The notes: a model not told the origin generated them from the sequence alone. 64,000 nt of DNA from Breoghania sp. (GCF_030066895.1 NZ_JASJAV010000017.1:74026-138025), one strand, 5' to 3'; counted from the first letter of the stretch, positions 10,844 to 21,795 are shown. Program-made: numbers and translations.

Positions 10844-11088
10844 CGTCTGCTCATTCCTTCAAGGCATAAAGAGATTATGAGATATATATTTTATTTCATA
10901 TGATATCAATGATATCTGTTGGCTTTCTCTTCGAGATCTCCACCAGGGATCTCCTTCAACCCACCGATCAAGAATGAACCGTCGCGTCGTCCGCCTCGCG
11001 GTGTGACCGGGGCGCGCTGCCCCGTTCGCGTCCGCGGCGTTCCGGCATCCGTCGCCGCTTTCCTTGCCAGGAATGAAACGGAATATAG

Positions 11089-11505
11089 ATGCTGGGACCC
11101 AATATCCTCGTAGCCTATGACGGCTCTGAACTGGCCGAAAAGACCCTCTCCGAGGCGCTGTCGATGTCGCATTTACTGTCGCAGGCGAAAATCGACGTGC
11201 TCTTCGTCGAAGAGGTCAAGCCGTTGCGCACTGGTGCCGAGGCTGTCGATGCCGACATCCAGTCCAGGAACGATCGGCTGTGTGAAGATCTGAAGAAGCG
11301 ACTGGCGTCCCGCTCGGAGCCGGTCACCTTCCATCGCCTGCGCGGGCAAGGTGCGTCCTATGTGATCCTGCGCTTTGCCGAGGAAGAGCAGAGCGATCTC
11401 ATCATTATCGGAAGCCGCGGACTTACCGGCGTGCGCGAGATGCTCGGAAGCGTCAGCCATGCCGTCATCCAGCACGCACTGGTCCCGGTTCTGGTCATCA
11501 AGTAA
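11089..11505 (+). CDS. Universal stress protein (UspA family)
   Basis: NILVAYDGSELAEK...SDLIIIGSRGLTGVREMLGSVSHAVIQHALVPVLVIK. Intact. Confidence 0.92.
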   Translation: MLGPNILVAYDGSELAEKTLSEALSMSHLLSQAKIDVLFVEEVKPLRTGAEAVDADIQSRNDRLCEDLKKRLASRSEPVTFHRLRGQGASYVILRFAEEEQSDLIIIGSRGLTGVREMLGSVSHAVIQHALVPVLVIK

Positions 11506-11520
11506 ATAAAATTTCCTAAA

Positions 11521-12741
11521 GTGGAAAACGCAAGTCGTCCTCTTTGGACAAAGGATTTTATTGTCGATTGCATAATCTGCTTTCTGATCAACCTGGCCTA
11601 CTACCTGACCATGGTCGTCGTGACGGACTATGCCTTCAAGCGACTGCACGCCTCCCTGAGTTTCGCCGGATTTGCCTGCGGGGTCACCATTCTGGACGTG
11701 CTCGCCGCGCTGCTCTTCATCGGCCATTCGATTGAAAGGATCGATCTGAAGAAGTGCCTTCACGCCGGCAACATCATCTTTCTCGTGGCCTCTGTCGCCA
11801 ATCTCTGGATTTCGGATCTCACCTCGCTGTGTGTGATCTGCTGCATTCAGGGCATCGGGTTTGGCGCCGCTTCGACCGCGACCATCATGGCGCACCTCGT
11901 GCCCGACCAGCGCCGCGGGGAGGGGGCCAATTACTTCGCCATGTTCGTGACCATGGCCACCGCCATCGGGCCGTTTGCGGGCCTGTATCTCTATTCCGAC
12001 GGAGATCTGTTCGCGAACCTGCTGGTCGGCTCGATCATGCTCGCCGTGTAGCTGTGTCCTGACGCCCTTTCTGACGCAACCGGAATTCCGGCATCCGTGA
12101 AGAACGAAGAGCCTGAAAGAAACCGGTTCTCGCCTCTGGCCTATCTGGAGGTGAAAACGCTGCCGATCGCCTTCATCACCTTCTTCGCTGCCGTCGGCTT
12201 TGCATCGCTACTGAGCTTCATCTCGTCCTATACGTCGGGTCGCGGGCTCGCGATCGGCGGGCAGTTCTTCTTCCTGTCCTATGCGGTGTTTACCGTCATC
12301 TCCCGGCCGGTGACCGGAAAGCTGTTCGATCTCAAGGGCGCCAATTTCGTCATGGTGCCGGCGTTCATTTTCTACGCGCTCGGCCTGGTTCTGCTGGCCT
12401 GGGCTCCCAATAGCCTCTGCGTTCTGCTCGCCGGTGCTCTCATCGGGTTGGGCTTCGGAACCTACATGTCCTGCTCGCAGGCCATCGTCATCAAGGTCTC
12501 GCCGGTCAATCACATGGGGCTCGCCAACTCGACGTTCTTCATCTTCATGGATCTCGGCGTCGGCCTCGGTCCGCTGCTGCTCGGCCAGGTTATTCTTTCG
12601 CTTGGCTTCTCCAGCATGTACGCGATGATGGCGATTGTCGTGGTGATCTGCCTGGGCCTCTACTACGTGCTGCACGGGCGCAAGTCCTCGCGCATGCGCC
12701 GCGCCGCCGAGATGGAAAAGCTCAGCCTCGCCAACGAATAG
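11521..12741 (+). pseudogene. MFS transporter split by an in-frame TAG
   Basis: 11521-12051 and 12097-12741 are in the same frame, separated by TAG 12049-12051. Together they give 12-TM MFS features (LWTKDFI, RRGEG..YF, SRPVTGKLFD, GLANSTFF..MDLG.GLGP). Confidence 0.85.
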
Positions 12742-12748
12742 GGGGCGT

Positions 12749-12794
12749 CTCCGTCAATTCCGCGTCTCGTGGACAGACGGGAATTGTCACGGAG
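12749..12794. terminator. Stem-loop downstream of the MFS gene
   Basis: ctccgt-caattcc-g-cgtct ... agacg-ggaattg-tc-acggag interrupted inverted repeat. Confidence 0.5.
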
Positions 12795-12986
12795 AGATTG
12801 ACCCGGATCTTCACCGATCCGGGCCAGTCCATCCCCTTGGCGCCATTATCTTCCTGCCGGAGTCCCCGCGTGTTCCGGCTCGCTGTAGCGAGCGGCGAAA
12901 AGTCCCTTGGATTTCCGTGAGAACATTCGTTTTGTGCGGAGAAAACGCTTGAAACCAAGGGTATTTGCCGATACCAACGCGGGATC

Positions 12987-13076
12987 GGAGAGGTGGCCGA
13001 GCGGTCGAAGGCGCTCCCCTGCTAAGGGAGTAAGCGGGCAACCGCTTCGAGGGTTCGAATCCCTTTCTCTCCGCCA
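12987..13076 (+). tRNA. tRNA-Ser (anticodon GCT)
   Basis: GGAGAGG acceptor stem, TGGCCGAGCGG D-arm, CTCCCC-TGCTAA-GGGAG anticodon arm, long variable arm (AAGCGG-GCAA-CCGCTT), GGTTCGAATCC T-arm, encoded CCA. Confidence 0.97.
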
Positions 13077-13386
13077 TCATTTCTGTTTCCAATTGCAAAT
13101 TCCCGCCTGCTGGGCGTCCTGCGAGGCGTTGCTCGTGAGGGCGAGGGCGGTAGTTCTTTGGTTTCGCTGTGGGCTGTCTGAGTCCCGATTCCTGCGTGCT
13201 TCTTTCGACATTCATCGTCAGTCGGGTCTTTCGTTCCTTTATCACTTTGGCTTCCCTGGGGGGATTGTCTTCTCGGTGCGGATTTCGGATGGCAGCGGCG
13301 CTGGCGGTGTTGCATGCCTCACAGCATTGGCTGTCTTGATCATTTGCAGAGGCGTCGTGCGTGACAAAGGTGGCGGCCCAAAGGCT

Positions 13387-14097
13387 TCACATCTCGACGT
13401 TGGCGCGGACCGCTGCGGCTCGGATGTGGCTTTCCAGCAGGGTGCAGGCTTCTTCCCGTCTGTCGGCTTCCAGCGCCTCGACGATGCGGAAGTGCTCCTG
13501 CGCGGTTTCCTTGACCCAGTCCGGAAGCGTCATCGGCATCCATTGGCTTTCCTGCATCTCCCGGCTCAATTGCTTGCGGACATCCTGATAGATGCGGTTC
13601 GGGCAGCGCAGGAAAATCAGGCCGTGGAAGAGCGTGTCGCATTCTGCCGCCCGCACCGGTTGCCCCTGTCGCGCGCCGGTGAGCATGGTCTCGGTGAGGT
13701 GCTTGAGTTCTCCCATGTCCTCTGCCGCTATTCGCGGCAGTGCCAGCGTCAGGGTGGCGAGCTCCAGCATAAGCCGGAACTGATAGATCTCACGCAGCGA
13801 ATATCCGTCCGGAAAGCGCCGGTGCGAGGCGGCGGGCATCGCGTCGGGGTCGGCGACGAATAGGCCGCAACGGTCCTCCACGCGCAAGTGCCCCAGCGTT
13901 TCCAACATCGATAATCCTTCGCGAACCGACGGCCGGGACGCACCGAGCAGAGAGGTCAGTTCACGCTGCAAGGGCAGGGGATCTTCCGGTCTCAATCCAC
14001 GCTCGCGGATCATCGCCTGAACCGCTTCGGCAACTCTTGCGGGGACTGAGGTAGGAGGCGTTTGGGAGGAGGTGACTTTTGGAAAGTTTTTGGTCAT
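13387..14097 (-). CDS. GntR/FadR-family transcriptional regulator
   Basis: wHTH LPLQRELTSLLGASRPSVREGLSMLETLG; FCD domain YQFRLMLE...DTLFHGLI...NR...EHFRIVEAL...HIR. Intact. Confidence 0.92.
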   Translation of the reverse strand: MTKNFPKVTSSQTPPTSVPARVAEAVQAMIRERGLRPEDPLPLQRELTSLLGASRPSVREGLSMLETLGHLRVEDRCGLFVADPDAMPAASHRRFPDGYSLREIYQFRLMLELATLTLALPRIAAEDMGELKHLTETMLTGARQGQPVRAAECDTLFHGLIFLRCPNRIYQDVRKQLSREMQESQWMPMTLPDWVKETAQEHFRIVEALEADRREEACTLLESHIRAAAVRANVEM

Positions 14098-14145
14098 TTG
14101 CGCACAAATAATGGATTTGCACTATTTTTATTCGACCATACGCTA

Positions 14146-14162
14146 ATCTGGTCAGACCAGAT
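14146..14162. promoter_or_regulatory. FadR-subfamily operator
   Basis: Perfect palindrome ATCTGGTC-A-GACCAGAT, whose core TGGTCAGACCA matches the FadR/PdhR/LldR-type box. It lies between the divergent GntR gene and the ABC operon. Confidence 0.75.
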
Positions 14163-14496
14163 AGCCGATACCCTGCGGCAAGGCTCGCAGTAATAGGCGA
14201 AAAGTGGAGGCGGTTCGGGGGAAGTACCGCGGTAAACGTGCGCCCGAGAGGGATGACTAGCGCACGCAGGTTGCGGATATTGCGTCATCTGCGAGACGGG
14301 ACGACGTCACCCGAATGCCGTGCGGACCATTGACCGGTGCTTCCAATCTCCGGGCTGCAATGAGGACGTTGTTGAAGCAAGAGTCGCCCAAGCGGCCTGG
14401 TTCAGGGAGGCACGCTCTTGATGTCCGGTCGGGGCCCCACCGTGTCGAGCACCGCTCGTCCCCAGCGACACCTTCAATGAGGAAAGGATATCGAGC

Positions 14497-16112
14497 ATGT
14501 CGCTTGGAAGATTGAAGAAAACGGCGCTGGCGACCCTGTCCGTCGCCGTGCTGTGCAGCACCGCGCCGGCAGCATGGGCGGCCGGAACGCTGCGCATCGG
14601 CATGACCGCGGCCGACATTCCGCTCACCACCGGTCAGACGGACCAGGGCGGCGAGGGCATGCGCTTTATGGGCATGACCGTCTATGACACGCTCGTCGAA
14701 TGGGACCTGACCAGCGCAGACAAGCCTTCCACCCTGATCTCGGGTCTTGCAATCGAGTGGAGCGTGGACAGCGCGGACACGACCAAGTGGACCTTCAAGA
14801 TCCGCGAGGGCGTGACCTTCCATGATGGCAGCCCCTTCACCGCGCGTGACGTGGTGTGGAACTTTGACAAGCTCCTGAAAGAGGACAGCGAGCAGTACGA
14901 TCCGCGCCAGGTCGCGCAGGGCAAGTCGTGCATTCCCGCCGTCGCCTCCTACAAGGCGATCCACGACTACACGCTGGAAATCGTCACCAAGGAGCCGGAC
15001 GCGACGCTGCCCTACCAGCTTGCCTGGATCCTGATGTCATCGAAGGCCAACTGGGAAGCGCACGGCAAGAACTGGGAAGAGGTGGCCAAGGAGCTTTCCG
15101 GCACCGGTCCGTGGAAGCTGACCAGCTTCGTGCCGCGCGAACGTGCGGAAATGGTGCCCAACAAGAATTACTGGGACAAGACCCGCATCCCGAAGCTCGA
15201 CAAGCTCGTGCTGATGCCGCTTCCTGAGCCCAATGCCTGTACCGCAGCGCTGATGTCCGGCCAGGTGGACTGGATCGAGGTGCCCGTGCCCGACACCATC
15301 CCCGCGCTGAAGGGCAACGGCTTCAACATCGTCTCCAACGCTTATCCGCATAACTGGACGTGGCATCTCTCGCGGCTCGAAGGTTCGCTGTGGAACGGCA
15401 TCCGCATCCGCAAGGCCGCCAATCTCGCCATCGATCGCGAGGGCCTGAAGGCGCTGCTCGGCGGTCTCGCCATTCCCGCCAAGGGCTTCCTGCCGTCGTC
15501 GATCCAGCGGTTCGGCAAAAGCCGACCTTCGATGTTCACTACGATCCTGAAGCCGCCAAGAAGCTGCTGGCCGGAGCCGGTTACGGTCCGGACAAACCTC
15601 TGCATGTGAAGGCGCTGATCTCGCCCTCGGGCTCCGGCCAGATGCTGCCGCTGCCGATGAACGAATACGTCCAGCAGAACCTCGCCGAGGTCGGCATCGA
15701 TGTGGAGTTCATGGTCGTCGAGTGGAACCAGATGATCAATCTGTGGCGCGCCGACGCCGCCGATACGAGCGTTGAAGGTTCTCAGTCGATCAACTTCAGC
15801 TACTTCATCCAGGATCCGTTCACCGGCCTCATCCGCCACGTCGCCTGCAGCCTGATCGCGCCTAACGGCACAAACTGGGGCCACTATTGCGACGAGGAGA
15901 TGGAAAACCTGATCGCCAAGGCGAAGACCACCTTCGACCCGGAAAAGCAGGACGCCGTCCTCCAGTCGATCCACGAGAAGAACGTTAACGACGCCCTGTT
16001 CCTGATGATCACGCACGACGTGGCGCCGCGCACCATGAGCCCGAAGGTCAAGGGCTTCGTGCAGGCGCAGAACTGGTTCCAGAACTTCTCCGGCATCGAG
16101 ATGGCCGAGTAA
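14497..16112 (+). pseudogene. Family 5 (Dpp/Opp/Nik) ABC substrate-binding protein, frameshifted
   Basis: Signal peptide; YDTLVEW, TFKIREGVTFHDGSPFTA.DV, GTGPWK. Frame switches near 15505-15530 into the 15360-16112 frame (YDPEAAKKLLAGAGY...). Confidence 0.9.
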
Positions 16113-16128
16113 TCGGAACCCCCGACAA

Positions 16129-16158
16129 TCGCCTGCGGGGAAGGCTTTCCGCAGGCGA
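16129..16158. terminator. Intercistronic stem-loop after the substrate-binding protein gene
   Basis: tcgcctgcgg / ccgcaggcga 10-bp arms followed by a T-rich run. Confidence 0.55.
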
Positions 16159-16224
16159 CTTTCTCTTTCGCGTTTTCTTCTCAAGGCGGCCCCGGTGGAG
16201 CTACTGTGGTCAAAGGCACAGCCG

Positions 16225-17193
16225 ATGCTCGTACATCTGGTTCGACGCCTGATCTATGTCTTGCCGGTCTGCTTCGGCGTCAGTCTGTTCTGCTTTCTAC
16301 TGGTCCATATCGCGCCCGGCGATCCGCTGGCCTCGATCATGCCGGTCGATGCTTCCGCCGAGCAGCAGGCGGCGATGCGCACGGCCTACGGGCTCGACAA
16401 GCCGTTGCCCGTCCAATACGCGATCTGGATCGGCAAGGCTCTTCACGGCGATCTCGGCAAGTCCATCGCCACCGGCCGCCCCATGGCCGACGAGGTCTTC
16501 CGGGCGGTCAAGAAGTTGCTGCTTCTGGCCTTCACCGCGAGCGCCATCGCCTTTCCCATCGGGCTCGTGCTCGGCTTCGTCGCAGGCTACTTCCGCGATA
16601 CGATCTTCGACCGGCTGGTGACCGCCATCGCGGTGACGGGCGTCTCCGTGCCAAACTACTGGCTCGGCATCGTGCTGGTGATCATCTTTTCCGTCACGCT
16701 GGGCTGGTTGCCCTCCATGGGCGCGGGGCCGGGTGGCTCGACGCAATGGAGCTGGGATCTCGCCCATCTCCGCTTCCTGATCCTGCCCTCGATCACGCTG
16801 GCAGTGGTGCCGATCGGGCTGGTGGCGCGCACCGTGCGCGCGCTCATTGGAGACATCTATTCGATGAATTTCGTCTCGATGGATTTCGTCCAAGCTCTCT
16901 ACGCCAAGGGCCTGAGACCGCGCGGCGTGCTGCGCCACGCCATCAAGAATGCCGCGCCCACGGCCCTGTCGGTGATGGGTCTTCAGCTCGGCTATCTGCT
17001 TGGCGGCTCGATCCTGATCGAGACCGTGTTCAATTGGCCGGACTCGGGCTTCCTGCTCTCCAACGCGATCTTCCAGCGCGATTTGCCGTTGTTGCAGGAC
17101 ACGATCCTGATCCTGGCGCTGTTTTTCGTGCTCATGAACCTGATCGTCGACGTCGCGCAAGCCGCCATCGATCCGCGTATCAAGAGGAACTGA
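16225..17193 (+). CDS. Peptide ABC permease (DppB/OppB-like); frame intact but carries a 15-bp tandem duplication
   Basis: GLDKPLPVQY, GDLGKSI, SVPNYWLG, LPSITLA, AKGL....LRHAIKNA, ETVFNWP. SMNFV-SMDFV duplication at 16861-16890. Confidence 0.9.
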   Translation: MLVHLVRRLIYVLPVCFGVSLFCFLLVHIAPGDPLASIMPVDASAEQQAAMRTAYGLDKPLPVQYAIWIGKALHGDLGKSIATGRPMADEVFRAVKKLLLLAFTASAIAFPIGLVLGFVAGYFRDTIFDRLVTAIAVTGVSVPNYWLGIVLVIIFSVTLGWLPSMGAGPGGSTQWSWDLAHLRFLILPSITLAVVPIGLVARTVRALIGDIYSMNFVSMDFVQALYAKGLRPRGVLRHAIKNAAPTALSVMGLQLGYLLGGSILIETVFNWPDSGFLLSNAIFQRDLPLLQDTILILALFFVLMNLIVDVAQAAIDPRIKRN

Positions 17194-17196
17194 GCC

Positions 17197-18048
17197 ATGG
17201 TCGCAACCGATCTGGAGGCGGAACTTCCCGCGCCGCGCGAAAAGGCTCCCGGATACTGATCGGGCGTTTTCAAGCGCGTGTCGCGCGATCCGGTCGCGAT
17301 GGCCTGCGCCTCGGTCCTCGTTGTGCTGATCCTCGCGGCGATCCTGGCGCCCTATCTGGGGCTCGCCGATCCCTACAAGGCCAGCATGATCCACCGGCTG
17401 AAGTCGATCGGCCATCCCAGGTACCTGCTGGGTACGGGCGAACAGGGCCGCGACATGCTGGCCCGCCTCGTCTACGGCGGACGGCTGACGCTCTTCGTCA
17501 GATTGCTCCCCATCGTCTTGGCCTTCTTCATCGGCAGCTTGCTGGGGCTGGTCGCGGGCTATGCGGGCGGCTGGCTCAACACCGCGATCATGCGCACGGT
17601 CGACGTGTTCTTCGCCTTTCCCTCCGTGCTGCTTGCGATTGCGATCTCAAGTGCGCTGGGAGCGGGCATGATCAACTCGCTCGTGTCACTGACCATCGTC
17701 TTCATCCCGTCGATCTGCCGGGTGGCGGAGAGTGCCACTGCCAGCGTGCGCTCGCTCGACTATATCGAGGTGGCGCGGGCGTCGGGCGGCAACGTGCTCG
17801 GGCCGATCTTCGTCTATGCGACGAGCCTCACCAGCGTCTGCATGATCCTCGCCGCCGGGCTCTCCTTCCTCGGCATTGGCGTCAAGCCGCCGGAGTCGGA
17901 ATGGGGCTTGATGCTCAATACGCTGAGGACGGCGATCTACATCAATCCGTGGGTGGCGGTGCTGCCCGGCGCGATGATCTTCATCGCCTCGCTCTGCCTC
18001 AATCTTCTCAGCGACGGTCTGCGGAGTGCCATGAATGTCAAGGACTGA
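17197..18048 (+). pseudogene. Peptide ABC permease (DppC/OppC-like)
   Basis: ATG 17197; TGA 17257-17259 at GY(W); the EAA loop appears deleted (EVARASGG|NVLGPI). LGT..QGRD.LARL.YG and PPESEWGLML motifs remain. Confidence 0.88.
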
Positions 18049-19071
18049 TGAAGCCGCAATGGTCGAGGATTGCGGCGACCTGCAACAGCCGCTGATCATC
18101 GCGGACAACCTGAAGAGGCACTTCCCCATCCGCTCCGACTTACTGAACCGGCAGACGGCGACGGTCCATGCCGTCGACGGCGTTTCATTCGAGGTGCGCA
18201 AGGGTAAAACGCTGAGCATCGTAGGCGAAAGCGGATGTGGCAAGTCCACCATCGCGCAGCTTCTCATCGGGCTGATCGAACTCGACGAAGGCGGCATCAT
18301 CTTTGACGGGGACAAGCTCGGCGCGGACATCAAGCTGAAGGAACTGCGCCGCGGCGTGCAGATGGTTTTTCAGGACAGCTACGCCTCGCTCAACCCGCGC
18401 CTCACCATCGTGGAGTCCATCGCCTTCGGTCCGCGCATTCAGGGCATTGCCGATCCGCACGGCAAGGCGCGCGATCTCATGCGCCGCGTGGGGCTGGAGC
18501 CGGAACGCTTCGCCAACCGCTATCCGCATGAGCTCTCCGGCGACCAGCGCCAGCGCGTCAACATCGCCCGCGCGCTCGCCATGTCACCGCGTTTCGTCAT
18601 TCTGGATGAGGCCATCTCCGCCCTCGACAGTCCGTCGAGGCGCAGGTGTTGATCCTCCTGAACGACCTGCGGCGCGAGCTGGGGCTCACCTACGTCTTCA
18701 TCTCCCTGGTGCGCTACATCTCCGACCGGGTGCTGGTGATGTATCTGTGCGAGGTGGTAGAGGTCGGCCCGGCGGAGACGATCTATCACCGTCAGGCCCA
18801 CCCCTATACGGCCTCGCTCTTTGCCGCTATACCGTCCATGGACCCGGATAATCGCACCGAGGAGCCGCCGCTTGCGGGCGATCCGCCGAACCCGGTCGAT
18901 CCGCCCTTGGGTTGCCGCTTCCACACGCGCTGCCGCTTTTCCGAGGGCGTGTGTTCGGCAAAGAAGCTGGCGCTCGCGTTCATAGACGGCGACAAGGACC
19001 ATCTCGCCGCCTGCCACATGCGCGATCCCGCTTCCGGGCATTCTCTCGCCGACGAGGAGGGGGGAGCGTGA
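18035..19071 (+). pseudogene. Peptide ABC ATPase (DppF/OppF-like), frameshifted
   Basis: VDGVSF, GESGCGKST, YPHELSGDQRQR, DEAISALD. Frame switch near 18630-18650 to the 18646-19071 frame (HPYT, GDPPNP, CRFHTRC). FIS|LVRYISD lacks the HDL motif. Confidence 0.88.
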
Positions 19072-20033
19072 ACGCGCTGGTGGAATTTCGCGACCTCGCC
19101 GTCCGCTTCAAGGGCGAGAAGACCGTCCATGCGATCAACGAAATATCGCTGTCGATGCAGCAAGGCGAAATGCTCGAGCTTTTGGGCGAATCTAGATCCG
19201 GCAAGAGCGTGACGTTGAAAACGTTGCTGCGCCTTCTGCCGCCGAAACGTACCGAGATCGACGGCGACGTTCTGGTCGACGGCGTCGACGTGATGCGCCT
19301 GTCGGGCCGGGCCTTGTCGGCGTTTCGAGGCAATGCGGTGTCGATGGTCTTTCAGGAACCGGCACTGGCGCTCGATCCCGTCTACACGATCGGCGATCAG
19401 ATCGCGGAAACGGTAATGAGGCACAAGAAGGTGAGCCGGGAGGCGGCGCGCGACGTGGCGCTCGACATGCTCACGCACGTCCGCATCCCGTCGCCAGAAC
19501 GCCGCATGAAGGCCTATCTGCACGAGCTTTTCCGCGGCATGCGGCAACGCGTGATGATTGCCCTGGCGTTTGCCTGCCGTCCGCGTCTGCTGCTGGCCGA
19601 CGAGCCGACCACGGCGCTCGATGCCACGGTCCAGATCCTGCTGCTCCTGCGCGAGCTGCAACGCGAGTTCGGCATGGGGGTGATTTTCGTCACCCACGAT
19701 ATTGGCGTGGCGGTGGAGGGCTCCGACCGCATCGCGGTCATGTATGTGGGCAATATCGTGGAAACGGGAACCGCGCGCGACGTGATCAAGAACCCGCGTC
19801 ATCCCTATACGCGCGACCTGCTGGCGGCCAATCTGCACGGTGCGGTCAAGGGCGAGCGGTTCGATGCCATTCCCGGAAGTCCGCCCGCACTGCACGAGGC
19901 GCCGACCTCCTGTTCGCTTGCCCCACGTTGCGCCTTTACCCGGTCCGAATGCCGCAAGGCACTGCCGCCGGCTGCGGATCTCGGCGGTGGGCACAAGGTA
20001 GCCTGCGTTCTGGAAGCACCTGAAATGGCATAG
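19068..20033 (+). CDS. Peptide ABC ATPase (DppD/OppD-like); open frame but catalytic motifs mutated, probably non-functional
   Basis: GTG start overlaps the upstream TGA. Walker A reads GESRSGKS (consensus GESGSGKS); signature reads ELFRGMRQR (consensus ELSGGMRQR); TVQILL lacks the usual QI repeat. Confidence 0.85.
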   Translation: MNALVEFRDLAVRFKGEKTVHAINEISLSMQQGEMLELLGESRSGKSVTLKTLLRLLPPKRTEIDGDVLVDGVDVMRLSGRALSAFRGNAVSMVFQEPALALDPVYTIGDQIAETVMRHKKVSREAARDVALDMLTHVRIPSPERRMKAYLHELFRGMRQRVMIALAFACRPRLLLADEPTTALDATVQILLLLRELQREFGMGVIFVTHDIGVAVEGSDRIAVMYVGNIVETGTARDVIKNPRHPYTRDLLAANLHGAVKGERFDAIPGSPPALHEAPTSCSLAPRCAFTRSECRKALPPAADLGGGHKVACVLEAPEMA

Positions 20034-20085
20034 GAGGTCGAGGCGTCGTTCGTTGCTCCCCTTCACAAAAGTAGCCGTCTCCGCC

Positions 20086-20200
20086 CCCTCTCCCATGGGG
20101 ATAGGGCAGGGGTGAGGGGATGGGATGTCTCGGGGATACGGATAGCCCGACACCCCTCACCCGGCGCATTCGCGCCGACCTCTCCCCATGGGAGAGGTGA
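20086..20200. repeat. REP-like doublet (CCCTCTCCC..GGGAGAGG / CCCCTCACCC family)
   Basis: cccctctcccatggggatagggcaggggtgagggg ... cccctcacccggcg...acctctccccatgggagaggt between convergent genes. Confidence 0.65.
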
Positions 20201-21126
20201 TCGCCGCGACCATTTCGGAAAAGGTGCAAGCCCTAGGCTGCCGGTTCCTCCACGGGCCGTTCGGCGAGCAGGTCGGCCAGCCTGGAAACCGGCGTTCCCG
20301 GTGGTCGCGGCGGTCGCGGAAACGCAGGCCGAGCGGGAACCGGCGCACGCTGCCCGTGCCAAGATCAAGGCGCACCAGGCGGCGGCCTCCAGATCCTGCT
20401 CGATTATGTGGCTCGGCAGTCAGCTATAGCACAGGGCCCGCCGCACGGCCTCGATGGCCGTTTCCACCATGTTCATGCGCCAGATGCGGCCCTCGCCGCC
20501 GTGCTCCGTCTGCGCGCCTTCCATGCCGCGGATTTCCGCCCGCGTGTGATGGGCCAGCGCCGCATCGCCGGGCGCGCGACCGTCGCACAGCAGTGGGTGT
20601 TCGGTGCTTGCCATCGCAACGAGGCTCATTTCCGCAATCGGCTCGCTCCATTTCGCCCCGGGCTCTGCCATCAGCACCGCCAGGTCGAAATCGTCGGCAC
20701 GAACGTCGACCATGGTCTGCCGGACGGTTTCCAGCAGATGCACCTCCACATACGGGTGCAACTCGGCAAAGCGGGCCAGCGCCGCAAACAACCTATCTTT
20801 CGGAAAGATCGCATCGACGATCAACCGGACCTCTGTATCGTCTCGCCCTCCGTGATGGCGCGGGACCGACGCTCCAGCCGCGCAAACCCGTCGATGAGCG
20901 GCATCGCTTCCGCCAGCAGAGTCGTTCCCGCTTCTGTAAACACCACTCGTCGGCCGCGCTGTTCCAGAAGCTCCACGCCGAGCGTCCCCTTCAGGCGGGC
21001 AACCATGTAGCTGACCGATGACTGGCTGCGGTTGAGCGCTTCGGCTGCTTGCGCAAAGCCGCCTTCCTCCACCACGGCGCGCAACACGCCCCATTACTCG
21101 ACGGTCGACAAGGGCAGGCGGCTCAT
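20157..21126 (-). pseudogene. LysR-family regulator divergent from padC, multiply disrupted
   Basis: ATG 21126: MSRLPLSTVE*WGVLRAVVEEGGFAQAAEALNRSQSSVSY. TAA at codon 11, frameshift near 20835, TGA at CYS*LP (20420) and a further shift. 3' end uncertain. Confidence 0.82.
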
Positions 21127-21255
21127 GTGGGACGGGCTCCGTTGGCGGTCTTGAGAATATATCGAAATATCCGATGAATTAGAATTGATAATAGAACTTT
21201 TAATTCGGATATTTGAATAATAAGGTTTCACCAGATCAATTGAGAAATTATTTCA

Positions 21256-21795
21256 ATGTCTGACGAATTTGAATCCACGAAACCCGAAGAACTGACCGGG
21301 TTTGTATGTAATAATTTCATATATACTTATGACAAGAGTTGGCAGTACGAGCTGTACGTCAAGAACGATCGCATGATCGACTATTGCATCCATACGGGCA
21401 TAGTCGGCGGCCGCTGGGTGCGCGATCAGATCGCCCACATCGTGTGGCTGGGCGACGGCGTCTTCAAGATCTCCTGGGACGAGCCGACCGGCACCACCGT
21501 CTCGGTTGCCTTCGACCTGCGTGAGCGCAAGCTGCACGGCGTGATCTTCTTCCCGCAGTGGATCGCCCAGAATTCGAAGAAGACGGTCTGCTTCCAGAAC
21601 GAGCACATCCTGCTTCCAGAACGAGCACATCGACGAGATGCTGGCGCTGTGCGATGCCGGCCCGACCTATCCCAAGCTGGTGATCGACGAATTCGCACCA
21701 TCACCTTCTGGGAAGATTGTGCCGCCAATGACGAGACCATCGTCGCGGCTGCCCCCTCCGAGCTTCCCGAAGGCTACGCCTCGCGCCGTAACTGA
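21256..21795 (+). pseudogene. padC: Phenolic acid decarboxylase PadC; open frame only because two frameshifts compensate
   Basis: YTYD..WQYELYVKND..IDY(C)IHTG.VGGRWV.DQ, KISWDEPTGT, LHG.IFFP.W, TVCFQNEH. A 22-bp tandem duplication (21588-21631) and a 1-bp deletion near 21698 leave about 29 codons out of frame. Confidence 0.88.

Noticed and set aside
12987-13076. Integrated element bounded by tRNA-Ser att sites
   Set aside because: No second copy of the tRNA 3' end and no integrase within the window.
14497-19071. Programmed ribosomal frameshifting in the split genes
   Set aside because: No consistent slippery sequence or stimulator; lesions are heterogeneous and accompanied by missense damage to catalytic motifs.
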